Assembly (NCBI RefSeq): GCF_006345805.1
Contig: NC_043001.1
Coordinates: 66,278,001-66,342,000 of the forward strand
Direction: 5' to 3'
Origin: Octopus sinensis
Taxonomy: Eukaryota
Length of the DNA: 64,000 bases
Part shown: piece after piece, positions 26,446-38,334 of the stretch
How the letters are laid out: the number at the start of each line of letters is the position of its first letter
Position numbering within the stretch: the first letter of the stretch is position 1
The notes under the pieces: model-generated
What the model was told of the DNA's origin: nothing
Databases searched by the model: none
What the model saw: only the letters and a program-made list of their open reading frames with translations
Position numbers and translations under genes: made by a program

Positions 26446-27064
26446 TATATTTCTCTTTATAAATGTCCTATAAATTCCACACAGCCTTAACTTTGTTGTC
26501 TCATTTTATTTAACATATGGACACTAGAGATAGAAGAGGAAGACGAGCCAGAACAGTTTCATGAGAGTCTTGGGGATCCAGAGTTCCCCATGCTTTGGCA
26601 CCTACCTCTTGATCTCACCAGTCCAAGTCATAGAACGAAGACAGTGCATTAGGTACTAGTTTGGTTGCTGAAGTTACCAAAAATACTACCAAAAAGACAT
26701 ATTTTACCTCCAATGGGGCTCAAAACTTAAAATTTCTCTCCGGGTTTTTTATCCTTTAGAATCCTTTAGAATCATACTATCTTCAGCACTCACAAAGCAA
26801 TGAGACTGTGCCACCCATAGCTGCTGGGAAGGAGTGATGGATATTAAGGTATGATCGCATATTGTCGGCCTACACTTCACATCTCAGGATGGGGACAGGC
26901 CATCACCGACTCCTTAGTAGGCTTAGCCTGAGATCGCTGTGTCCCAAGTTACTAGATATTATAATGAAAATTTTCTAGTCTGTGACTAGAACGTCTGAGC
27001 ACTGGCAAGCGAGGACTTACACAGACGGCTCTTCATTTCGTATCTTTGGTGACTTACGAGCTTA

Positions 27065-27200
27065 CAAAGCTTTTTTTGCCGAACTGCTAAGTTACAGGAG
27101 CTTAAACACACCAACACAGAAGATGTCACAGTGAGACTGAACCCGGAACTTATGTGGTTGAGAAGCAAACTTCTTGCTATACAGTCACACCTGCGCTTAC
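27065..27200 (-). mobile_element. SINE family B, internally deleted copy
   Basis: ttgccgaactgctaagttac.gg...aaacacacc and gactgaacccggaac...tgtggttgagaagcaaacttctt match the 12.6-13.0 kb copy. Confidence 0.6.
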
Positions 27201-28299
27201 GTTCACCATGGTATTGAACAGGTTTAAAAAAAAAATTAATAAGCATAGCGGTGCCCCAAGACAGCTATGGTGAAATTACTAAAATAAGTAAAAGATAAAG
27301 ATAGTAAAAAAAACAGCAATTTTGTAAGCTTTTTTCAGTCCTTACATCTCTATCAACAGAAACAATTCAACAGACGTATCAAAGCTTATGGTCAAAGGGA
27401 AATAATTCTTTTCTGCATCAGCGACATAATTTAGGAGTTATTTCCCTTGAATGAATGCCTGTTGTTTTTGAATAAGTTACAATGATGGCCATTCCAACCA
27501 TGACTGTTTCCTCACTTTCGAGCTATAGTGAACTGCATTGTCTAATATATCACTGTTCCTCTTTTTAAAGATGAATTTTACGGAAATTTAGCTGTTCCAG
27601 CGGTTACATGTGAAGAGAAGTGACACAGGCGGGGAAGGGCATCAGTGAAAGCAAGTCTGGTAGTTTCTTTTACGATAAAGACGAGGCGATGTCGAGGGTG
27701 GCGGACAGAATATTTCGTCAGAGAGAGGGAGGGGTGGGGGAACATTGGTTGTTGCTGTTGCATGGTTGGTGTTGAACAAAAGGATTAAGGATTGAATAGA
27801 TTATGAGGTAGAGAACAGTTGAAAACAGGGTGTGGCTGGGTTACCGGTTTTTGTCCACCTCTGTTGACAATGGGAGCGGCCCCTTCTAGAAACGTTCACC
27901 ACAACAATAAAATATAAGGGCAAAACTTCCTTAAACTCAGAAAGGGACTACCAGACAATAAACAGGTTAAAGAGAGCAAAGTCAAAATAAATTTAGAGAA
28001 CGATTCGTTAATATCTGTGTTTACAATACAAATGGTTCATAAGTCTAGCTTGTGATTTGCATGCTTTCCTTCAAATATAACGATTCTGTGAAAAGTTTTC
28101 CACTCTGCAGGGGCATTTTTGTGTATTGTTCAAGCCCCCAGTAGACCTGAAAACCTTGTTATACAAATTAGTCAAACGTTTTGGTTTAGTCATAGAGGAA
28201 TATGCTCCTATATGAGTCTTGATTTTGTTCCCCACCATGTGACCATCTTTTGGTAAGAATTAGTAGTTACAAGAAACACACATGAATCCTTCCTCATAA

Positions 28300-31200
28300 T
28301 CATTAGGTGGTTGTTCATGCTTTCAAATAGCTCATTTTATTTTTGTATTTTGATTTTGTTCTGTTCAAATGTTTCACAATCTTTCTTGATTGAACCACAC
28401 CTCTTTTATCAGTCCAATGCAAGCATTTCTCGATCTTGATTTCCTATGTTCAAAAGTTTGGGGTTTGCTTTTATCACATCTTGTATCTCTTCTAGGGTTT
28501 ATGCAGTAAGTTCTTATTTAATGTTAGTTTGCCATAAAGTAATTGCTTAGGAATCCTTGTGTAATCCATTCTGATTAAATGGCTCATTCAATGCATATGA
28601 TTTTTTTTTAATGCTGGGCATATTAACATTTGCAAGAACAATGGTGTCTGGGATTTTTGTCTGCTAGTTTATCCTTAGTATATACCTTAAACAGTTTTGG
28701 TAGAATCTTTTAAGTGATGCAATATGATGACAATAGGTGCTCCATGTTTCTGAAGCATACAAGATGGATGATGATGGAAGCACTCCATTGGAACAGCCTG
28801 CTTGTGAAATTAACGTGTAAGTGGCTGAGCACTCCCCAGACACGTGTACCCTTAACATAGTTCTCGGGGATATTCAGCGTGACACAGAGAGTGACAAGGC
28901 CAGCCCTTTGAAATACAGGTACAATGGAAACAGGAAGTAAGAGTGAGAGAAAGTTGTGGTGAAAGAGTACAGCAGGGATCACCACCATCCCTGCCAGAGC
29001 CTCATGGAGCTTTAGGTGTTTTCGCTCAATAAACACTCACAACGCCCAGTCTGGGAATCGAAACCGCGATCCTACGACCGCGAGTCCGCTGCCCTAAACA
29101 CTGGGCCATTGCGCCTCCAAAGCATACAAGATATAGCTTTAAACACAACTCCTGTAAATAGAAACCTTCACGTTAAGAGTGATTCCTCTGGCCTTTCACA
29201 CACGTTTTTCAAGATTGCCAAAAGAAACGGTTGTTTTTGCAAGCTTTGATGAGTCTCAGCATCTAAAGATCCATTAGATGGTGAAATGGACTCAAGATAT
29301 ACAAAACCCTTGACAGCATCCAAATATGTTCCATTTACCCTGATGTTAGGGTCAGCATAAGCTTCTCCAGGTGCTGGTATGAACATCATTTTATTTTTTG
29401 TTAAACCAATAGCGAGTTCAAATGCAGTGCAAGCTCTGGAAAAGTTGTCCATCAACAGTTGCATACCTTGTTCTGAATAAGCCACCAAGTCAACATCATT
29501 AACATATAGCAATCATGTAAATCTCCTCAAAGGCCTTAGATTTTGAATCTCAACTGATTCTATTAAATAGTCACCAGCTATTCAGAACCTTAAATAGAAC
29601 ACCAATGGTAGATCCTTGAAAAGTATAAGCAATAGCAATAGCAAAACAGATGGAGAAAAGAACCAGAGCAAGTATGTCACCTTGCTCCAGACCATTATCA
29701 ATTGGGATAGATCTTATAGAATACCATTAACATCAACACAGGTCTTCATATTGAGACAAAGTTCATGAATCATGTCAACAAACTCCAGTGGGCATCCTAG
29801 CTTTTCCAAGACTATCCACAAAGCTTTCTTGTACGCCATAACAAGCGCTTTTGTAAGGTCAGCAAAACCTTTAAAAAGTGGCAGTGCATACTCAGTGCAT
29901 TTTTCTTGTATTTGACAGGTGAAAAAGATTAAATCTGTTGTACTTTGAACCAGAATGACTCACAGGTATGACATTTTTTGTTATTCATTCTGAAATGTGA
30001 CCCAAGAGAACTGTTGCAAGAAATTTTCCAATTGCTTCTAGCAAGCTTATTCCACAGCAACCACCACAAAATGATTTATTACCTTTGCCTTTATATAAAG
30101 ACATTAAAACTGCACCAAGCCCAGTAACCTCAAGATATAATTGCCCTACCATACATGTAAAAGAAGTTTATGAATTTCAGCTGCAACATCATTACAATAT
30201 CATAGTAGTTCTACAAGGATACCGTAAAAACTTGGAGCTTTACCTCTGTTTACCTTATTTATAGCAAATTTTATTCCATCTATGTAAGGTGTCACCATCA
30301 TTTTGTTTATAGAGTATCTGTGGGTGAACATTTCTGATTTTATCATTTTCAGTAGACTGATTATGAAAAAGTTCAGTGTACAGTTTAGTTCACTTCCTTT
30401 ATATTTGATTGGGATCTTCACACAATACATTTCTATCCCTAGATGTTATAGGTGCAATAGTTGAGGTTTGAGGAGTAAAAGCTTGCTTCAGTAAGCTATA
30501 CAATTGCTTTGTATTCTTTCAATCATATGCATTTTATGTTTCTTTGAAGATATTTGAGTACCAACTGTTTCATTTGAAAAGATGATTTGTTGTTTTAAAA
30601 GTGGTTATGACAGAATTATGTTCACCTCAGAAGCTAGTAAAGAGAATGCCTGTGCTCATGAACTTTTATGTCCTCATCATTGTCATCAAATCAGTCTTTA
30701 TACACATACTTGGGAAAAACAAGAATTTCTGCACCAATGCCGTATATTTTTTCTTTGAAATTATCCCAAGTATCATCAAAATTAGCCCCAGCATATCCTC
30801 CCAATAGTAATGCTTCATAATTATCCTCCCTTAGCTTTTGAACGTTTATGCATTTTAGTATTTTCATTCTTATTTTTTTTCCTAATTTATTGTCAGTACC
30901 ACTCTCTGTGCTTCATTTAACACATACTGAACACATATCTGCTAAGTCACACTTTCAGATGATTGCGTAGTCCAACATGTGTCCATGCTTTGAACTAGAG
31001 TGAATCCATGTCACTTTCTGAATGTTCTTTTGTTGAAAGAACATATTACCAATAACTAGATTAAATTCTATACAAAGCTGAAGGATAAGAAGGCCATTGC
31101 TGTTCATTTGATCTAGCCCATGATTACCAAGAGATTCCCAGTCCATATTATCTTGCTGACTCAGGCACTGAGACCTCTTAAGATAAGAAGTTTATCACTT

Positions 31201-31600
31201 ATTGAAGTAGAAGAAATTACTTGTTTCAAATCTTGATAAAAGCCAATTGTCAGTTCATAATCAACATCCAACATTGGGGCATTCACACATATAATTGTCG
31301 TAAAATGTTCCCTTTCCAGTGGTATATGAACTATCATGAACCAGTCACTTGCTATAAGAGACTGATCATAACAACCTGCAAAAAAAGATCAAATTGCAAA
31401 ACCTACACTACCTTCCCACCTTTCTCCCTTATCAGAAAATTGAGCAGCCCAAGCTTTTTATCATGCCATCATCAGATAGTTTAGTTTCTTGTAGAGCCAC
31501 AATATCTGTTGTACCCATCTTACACGCTAGTTACCATTGATGTTGTTCATTCAGGGTTAGTGGATTTCTGCAAATACGACAGAATTTATACATTCTACAA
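28300..31600 (-). mobile_element. Near full-length but heavily decayed RTE (BovB-like) LINE, interrupted by a SINE
   Basis: Endonuclease DIVALQETKLSDDG and MNSNGLLILQLCIEFNLVIGNMFF..HMLDY; RT LYVNDVDLVA; C-terminal ILYASETW..NCLRYIL..RMDYTRIPKQLLYG. Confidence 0.8.
28766..29119 (-). mobile_element. tRNA-headed SINE, family C, with perfect 13-bp TSD
   Basis: TSD AAGCATACAAGAT at 28753-28765 and 29120-29132. Head atggcccagtg..tagggc...ggtttcgattccc. Highly similar to 62750-63125. Confidence 0.9.
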
Positions 31601-31629
31601 ACCAAATAGCATCCTTGGCTTTCTCGTAT

Positions 31630-32207
31630 AAAGGTTGTGATCAAATGTGATCAAAAATGAAAATAACACTGACATCTCATTTTAACAGGTCTATTTATCA
31701 TAATTACATAAAAATACCTTAAAATACTAAACAGAAAATTTATTCAATAAAATTGACATTGGTTTCAACCACAGCCTCCAGATGACTTTTGAATCTCTTG
31801 CAACACTTCTGAAGGGTCTCCTTGTTTAAGTTGGTGAATATCGCCATAATCCTTGCCTTCAGTTCATCTTTGGTGTTACAAGAAATTTTGTTGGTCTCAC
31901 ACTCAACTGCACTCCACACATAATAATCAAAGGGGTTGCAGTCTGGCGAGTTAGGTGGCCAGATGTTAGGAGTGATGTGGTCACAGAAATTGTCTGACAG
32001 CCATGACTGGGTTCTCGTGTTTGTGTAGCATGGTGCAGAGTCCTGTTGCCAGACAGGGTCTTCCAGTAATCACCCTCTTGACCCAGGACAGCACTACCTC
32101 CTCCAGGCACTTGATGTAAGCCTCCGTGTTGAGTGTGAGGCTGTGTGGGAAGATGAATGGAGGCATAACATCGCCATCACTAGTGATCACTCCAAACACC
32201 ATGATGA
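31630..32207 (-). mobile_element. maT/DD37D Tc1-mariner element, C-terminal half
   Basis: VMVFGVITSDGD...WQQDSAPC...WPPNSPDCNPFDYYVW, with 37 residues between the second and third D (counted). Confidence 0.85.
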
Positions 32208-33745
32208 CAAGGGCCCAGGAACAGGGGGTGCAGCAGGTGCACTTGCACCCCCTAGAATTTTCAGGGGGTGCACTTGCACCCCCTAGAATTTTCAGGGGGT
32301 GCAAGATCAAAATTTGCACCCCCTACATAATCTTACCAGTTTCAGAAAAGTGTCTAAAATTTATCGGTATAAAATGCTTAAGTTTGATCTCGTTTCAAAA
32401 CAAGAAATAAATAAATAAATAAAAGTGATGAAGCTGGCATAAAATTCCCTATGGAGTTTATGACCACTAACTTCTGAAGGAAAGTAGTGTCAAAATACAA
32501 AAAAAATAAGTGACAATGACAACAGTAGCAGCAACAATAACAACAAAACCAGCATGTAAGGTTATATTTGAATATATAGCATTACTTGAATTATTGAAGA
32601 CAGCTGCCACCCAGTTAAAATGTGTAACTCTCTCTTTCTGTCTGTCAATACTTCTCTCCATCGTTCAGTACCACTCCCAAGTTCTTTGTAATTGGTGTTG
32701 CTAAAGATTTAAAACATGGTTGAATGGATTCAACCGTTTGACCCCAGTCTAAAAATAAAACCCTTTCAAAATTCTTTCAGTCAAAACGATTTTCTCATAT
32801 AGGTTGTTAGGTCCAAAATGTGCATGAAAAGATTGTTTGAAAGTAAAAACTTTGAAAGGAAACATTTAACTACAAATAATTGCAAACCGAAATTACGAAA
32901 TAAATTTGTAAAGTCACACATCTATTCTTACTGTAAAGTAAGAATAGATTCTATTCTTATTGTAAAGTCACACATCTATTCTTACTCAGTGGTACCCCAC
33001 ACAGCTTTCAACATTTGGTGGACATTGTCTCCATTTTCTAACCTTTCCTATCCTCTTCTTTGTAAAACATTCCCTATCTATTTCTATCGTTTTTTCTCTC
33101 TACACATCTTTTTTCTCTTTACTACCTTTCATTTCTTCCTATCTCTATAACCACCTCCTATCTATCTTTATTGCCTTCTTTCTCTACACTTCCTCGTCCT
33201 TTCTACCTGCACTCCCAGGTCAATGGGTCTTCCCCACGTCCACCTTTTTGGTGCAAAACGACCATTCAATATCCCATACCATTATCTGCTTGACCACTGC
33301 CTGGATAAGTGCCTTTTTTTTTTTTCAACTCCAGTCTAGCATTCACTTCAGACTTGATTCTCCTTTTCATTTTTCATTCAATCTTTACTTTCCTTTTGTC
33401 TTTATTCCTCTCTCTCTCTGCTCCTTTTATCCTTCTCTTGATTTCATTAGGAAATAGTTTACTTTTCGCGTTACTACTAACAAATCGTATCTTAAAGACG
33501 TAGTTTCGGCAGAATGCCTTATATATTGACGACTTTCATTTTTTATCTTGCCTTGATTTTGTCGTATTATCAATCAAAAGTCTTCCTGCATATATATTAA
33601 ATAGTATCTGTGTCATATTTGTTTCCGATACTGTCTTGCTTTTTCGTTTTATATAGAAAACACGGATTTAATTAGTTTGATAAGTGCCTCTGCACGAAAC
33701 TCTCGAACCTTCAGTCACTATGTAACTTTCACCGATCAATAAATC

Positions 33746-34791
33746 GGCCAAACTAAAGCGTTTGTCCCGGTCATAAAAACAAAAAATAAATAGTGTAATA
33801 GATGTAAAACAACTTCCTCTAAACGAATATGACCAAAAAATGCGCGCTCGCAAAAGGGGGGTGGGGGAGAGGCCTCGGAAAATTCACATCATGAATTTCC
33901 GAAAGCGTCTGAGGGTCTGACCCTAGCACAAAAGCAAAATAAAATAGTGTAATATGTGTAAAACAACTTGCTCTAAACAAATATGACAAAAAAAAATTCA
34001 CACTTGAGAAAGGGGGGTGGGGGAGAGGACTCGGAAAATTCACATCTTCAGTCCATGGCCTTTAAACTATAGTGTTTGACCCGGGCCGGAAAAAAATTTT
34101 AAAAATAGTGTAATTGGTGTAAAACTACTTGCTCTAAATGATTATCAAGAATAGACACACACAAAGAGAAATGGTTGGTTCAAGGCAAGTGTGCATTGAA
34201 CTGAATTTAAATAAGCAAGAAAGATATTATCAAAGAAAAGGCCACAGCACCATCTTTAGTATCTGTTGTTATTATTATTATTATTAATAATAATAAGGAG
34301 TTGAATGTGTGTGTGTGTGTGTCTGTGTGTGTGTGTGGTGAAGTTATTAATATCAATATCAATACATTAACCAACACCATTGAAGTGAAATAATAGTTTC
34401 TATACTTTTGGTTTGGCACTGCCGAATTGAGTCAAAGACTATATAATACAAGTCAGCAGAAAAAAAAAAAAGAAAAATATGATATCCATAACAGTAATGA
34501 AATAAGACCTCCCCCAAACAGTAACCGTTGTGTTTAAAATCTCCCTAACAAAAAGAAGAGAGGTTGTTTGGCTATGGACTACATTGATCTTTCCATGTTG
34601 TGGTTTAGCCACTATTTACACTATTTTTTTTTGTTTTTGTGCCCGGGTCAGACGCTTCCGAGGCCTCTCCCCCACCCTCCTTTCGCAAGCGCGCATTTTT
34701 TTGATCATATTCGTTTAGAGCAAGTTGTTTTACACCTATTACACAATTTTTTTTATATTTTTATGGCTGGGTCAAACGCTTTAGTTTTACC
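33746..34791. mobile_element. Merlin-like non-autonomous element with long TIRs made of ~155-bp tandem units
   Basis: TIR GG(CC/TA)AAACTAAAGCGTTTG. 8-bp TSD AATAAATC at 33738-33745 and 34792-34799. About 2.5 units on the left and 1.3 inverted on the right. Superfamily call is inferred from the termini only. Confidence 0.7.
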
Positions 34792-34859
34792 AATAAATCT
34801 ATACTTATTATTTGAGTCTGACTCAACATGAGTTTTATTTCTCATGTTTGAACCACTAC

Positions 34860-34902
34860 GCCTCTGATGAGAACCCAAGAAGGTTCAAAAATCGATTAAG
34901 GT
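34860..34902 (+). ncRNA. Minimal type I hammerhead ribozyme, one core substitution (G12 to A)
   Basis: GCCT-CTGATGA-GAACC-CAAGAA-GGTTC-AAAA-ATCGAT-TA-AGGT. Stems I and II pair and stem III is palindromic. Confidence 0.75.
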
Positions 34903-34942
34903 TGTTCATCCTTTTTTCAATCTACGGAGAAATGGCTAAATT

Positions 34943-35207
34943 GGTACTACTTAAGAAGAGTGGTCCCGGTGCACACACTCGCGCATCCACGCTAGCTAGT
35001 CGTGACTAGTCGATCCTACAACGACTGCCTAGCAAAGTAAATAAAACACAAAATAAATAATTTTTTTACACAAAGTAAATAATTTTTTAAAAACAAAGTA
35101 AATAAAACACAAAAACATAAAATAAGGATCGACTAGTCACTACTAGCTAGCACAGATGTGCGAGTAAGTGAGTGCACGCACCGGAACCACTCTTCTTAAG
35201 TAGTACC
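34943..35207. mobile_element. MITE, Merlin-like
   Basis: TIR GGTACTACTTAAGAAGAGTGG extends imperfectly ~75 bp. Flanks GGCTAAATT / AGCTAAATT (9 bp, 1 mismatch). Confidence 0.8.
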
Positions 35208-36074
35208 AGCTAAATTTGCCCTCTTTATAAATATACGATATATATATAAATATAAATAGACCTTGTAACGATACCAGCTACCAAATGGTTTCACGGCGAA
35301 TTGGGGCCCCGGGTGACGTTAGTAAAGTCATTGGGGAGAATCCCAGCCGATAATCCCTACTTTAGTGATTTGACCTCATCTTATTATCTATATCCCCTAC
35401 ATATATAGAAAAATACTCGGTTAGGAACCAATATCATAGTGATGATGTCTTATCAGCTTTTGAAAACTTGTTTAACTAACAGGATAGCTTCTTTTCCAAG
35501 GCAATCAAAGCAATGAATTGCTGAAAGAAGTATGTAGATGATCTTTTCTGTTTGATTTTCACTTTTCAATTGCCTCAATTTTGTTCCAATTTCAAAAATG
35601 TGTATTGTTCACATGAACTAAACCAACAGTATGTTTATTCAACATTTCACAAAACTTTATTAAAACTTCCATCGTTGAATGTTTTAACATTGTAATGTTG
35701 TCACCTTGTACAAAATGCCAGGTTCCACATTGTGTTCTCTGATTGAGGGTAAAATGATCCAACTTTAAACCTCTTTCACAGTTTTCTAAAATTTTTCTGG
35801 AATAAATGAATAGCATCAGATTCAACGTAAAAAATTACACCAATGTATCAAATTTGAAAATTTTCGCTTAATTAAAAAATTTCAGAAGGTGAAATAAGCA
35901 GAAAAGATCCTAATATTTAAAAATGAACTTCATTTGGTCACATTCCATGAGACTATATTAGTCAGCCTGTTAATTTTCCAGTCAATCCTCATAATAATAA
36001 AAGTTATTATTATTGAACATTTGTTTGCTTTGATACCCAAATTAGAAAATTTCACCTTGTTTGTAAAAATTTTG

Positions 36075-36650
36075 AGTACTACAGGAGTATGGACCTGAGT
36101 TCTGAGAGTGTGCATGTCACAAATTTGCACGTGCACGCATTAGTTGTAAGTAGTCGATTTTAGCTCACAAGGCAAACAACAAGATGCACAGATGCGCGCT
36201 ACTTACTGTAAATGGAGTGGGGTTATCCATGTAATACAAAAAGAAAATTGCAGATAAATTGAGTATAAAAGTGAAAAATAATCATTGAATACTGAAAAAA
36301 ACATTCATCTCCCCTAACCCTCAGCCTAGCCCTAAACCCTAAACCCTAACCCTTAATAAAATATGGGAAAAGCTGGAGATGAATGTTTTGAAAACATTCT
36401 GAACTGTCTTTCAGAATGGTTTACTTTTCAATGAAATATCATTTTGTTATTTTTCATGTTTTTATTCAATTTATCTGCAATTTTCTTCTTGTATTAGATG
36501 GATAACCCACCCTCTATTTACAGCAAGTAGCGCACATCTCGTTGTTTACCTGTGTGCTAAAATCAACTACTTACTACTAATGCGCTCGCATGCACAAATT
36601 TGTGACATGCACACTCTCAGAACTCGGATCCACACTTCTCCAGTAGTGCC
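36075..36650. mobile_element. Foldback MITE with ~240-bp arms, Merlin-like
   Basis: Arms (A/G)G(T/C)ACTAC..GAGTTCTGAGAGTGTGCATGTCACAAATTT. Perfect 8-bp TSD AAATTTTG at 36067-36074 and 36651-36658. Confidence 0.85.
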
Positions 36651-36712
36651 AAATTTTGGAACTGAGTTTGCACCCCCTAAGCAAATTTTGTTCCCGGGTC
36701 ACTGCACGATGA

Positions 36713-37398
36713 TGACCAGATGTTTGATTTTTATCATTCTTGGTACATGTTTTGGGGACACGGCAAGCTAACGGTTGTTTTGTGTGTTCACTATCTGATC
36801 CTGGTAGAAATTTTTCTCATTTGAGAAAAACCAAAGTATGTTCAGTTGGAAAGGATGCTTGAGTTTATTCAAAAGCTTCATAGCACAGTCTTTCCATTTG
36901 TCCTTGATGGCTTGGGATAAAAATTGGCCCGTTCTCATCTTGTAAGAAGAATACCGAATGTCTTCATGCACTACCTGCCTGATAAGAAAGACATTCCCAT
37001 ATCCCTGACGATGGACCTGATTGATTTGGAGGGATTGTTGTCAATCATGGCCTGGATCTCACCAGCAAATTCAGAATAATCAGAGTGAGTTTTCCGAGCT
37101 GCCATACCTTCATAATCACCATTAGATTCATCCAACTCTTTCTGAATCCTCTGCACCGTCCTCAGATTGACACCCCAAACACTCTGAAATGTTTGTATTG
37201 GAGCTTTCAGCATGAATGCCAAGCAGTACAGCATGTCATTTCCAAATTTCTGGCTGAGTGAATTGCATCATGGTGCTGTTTTTCTCACAGATGGTGCCCA
37301 ACTGACCCTACTATACTGTGTAGTCGACAAAATCAAAAACAATTTATGCATTAAGTTAAAAATATAAAATGGTGACAATTTACCCATCACATCCTGCA
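36713..37398 (-). mobile_element. maT/DD37D element, N-terminal half and left TIR
   Basis: NLRTVQRIQKEL..NNPSKSIRSIVRD..WFFSNEKNF..KIKHLV. TIR TGCAGGATGTGATGGGTAAATTGTC next to TA. Confidence 0.85.
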
Positions 37399-37410
37399 TA
37401 TATATATATA

Positions 37411-38282
37411 AGAGTGGGTATCTAAAAGTAACCAGAAACGTTCTCTGTGGGACAAACCCATTGTAGTTCAGGCTTCTGCTGCAAGGTGCCACTTGATGCC
37501 ACCCTCAGGCATCTGTCTGCTGATCAGCGGTGGTTTACTACCATGTGGTGCATCTTTGTTTTGCAGTTTTTCTTCCCTGTTCATCAATTTTTGCAATGAC
37601 TGAAACAAAGGAACAGCTTGCTTCCATGAAGTTGTTTTCTGCTGGGATAAACAACAGCCAAAACAGTTGTTATGCTTCAAACAGCTTACAAGGATGCTGC
37701 CATGAGCAAAACACAAGTTTATGAGTGGTTTCCATGCTTTAGGAATGGTCACTTGTCACTTGAAAACCAATCTCATTCAGGACACCGTTGACCTCCTGAA
37801 TGAATGAAAACAGGAAAATTCATGAACTGATCTTGGAGGACTGTCACCAAACAATTGACAAACTTGACATGACTGGTGTGTCCTGGAGTTCCTGCCAACG
37901 AATTTTGAGCAAGGAATTGTGTATAAAAAGAGTTGCAACCAAATTCCTGCCTCACTTACTCACAGAAGGCCAAAAGCAGTCATTACTGAATGCATGTTGT
38001 GAACTGAAAGAACAGTTGGAAGTTGATCCAGACCTTTTGTCCTCACTGGTGACAAATGTTGGTGCTGCAGAATTTGCAGATGTGGAAGAGGTGAAGAAAA
38101 AAATGATGGTGGTGTTAAAAGTCACAAGAATTCCAACACTGCTGCAAATAGTGGAAAACATGCCTGGATCAATGTATTGCTTCAAATGGAGAATACTTTA
38201 AAGGTGACAAAAGTGTAAACATATAAGACTAAGTAAATAAAATAATATTGCAAAATTCCGGTTTCTTTTGGATACCCCCTCA
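37411..38282 (+). mobile_element. Internally deleted mariner element
   Basis: TIRs GAG(T/G)GGGTATC(T/C)AAAAG(T/A)AACC at both ends next to TA. AMSKTQVYEWF..GVSWSSCQRIL..KRVATKFLPHLLT, then jumps to FADVEEVKKK. Confidence 0.88.

Positions 38283-38284
<2 letters not shown>

Positions 38285-38334
<50 letters not shown>

Larger units (their letters stand above)
25990..26517. mobile_element. Foldback element with ~150-bp inverted arms, probably Penelope-like terminal repeats
   Basis: 25990-26140 is the reverse complement of ~26373-26517 (aaggctgtgtggaatttata, gagttaactagaggg). Each arm carries a decayed hammerhead motif. Confidence 0.75.
32208..36704. mobile_element. hAT-like non-autonomous element (4.5 kb, itself invaded) inserted into the maT element
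   Basis: Imperfect TIRs CAAGGGCCCAGGAAC / CAGTGACCCGGGAAC. 8-bp TSD CATGATGA (32200-32207) / CACGATGA (36705-36712). Shared subterminal TGCACCCCCTA. Confidence 0.75.

Noticed and set aside
33494-33535. Minus-strand GGCA-TTC-TGCC-GAAAC-TAC-GTC as a hammerhead
   Set aside because: The 3' half is suggestive, but the CUGANGA core and stem I partner are missing and stem III is not palindromic. It may be a relic but cannot be supported.
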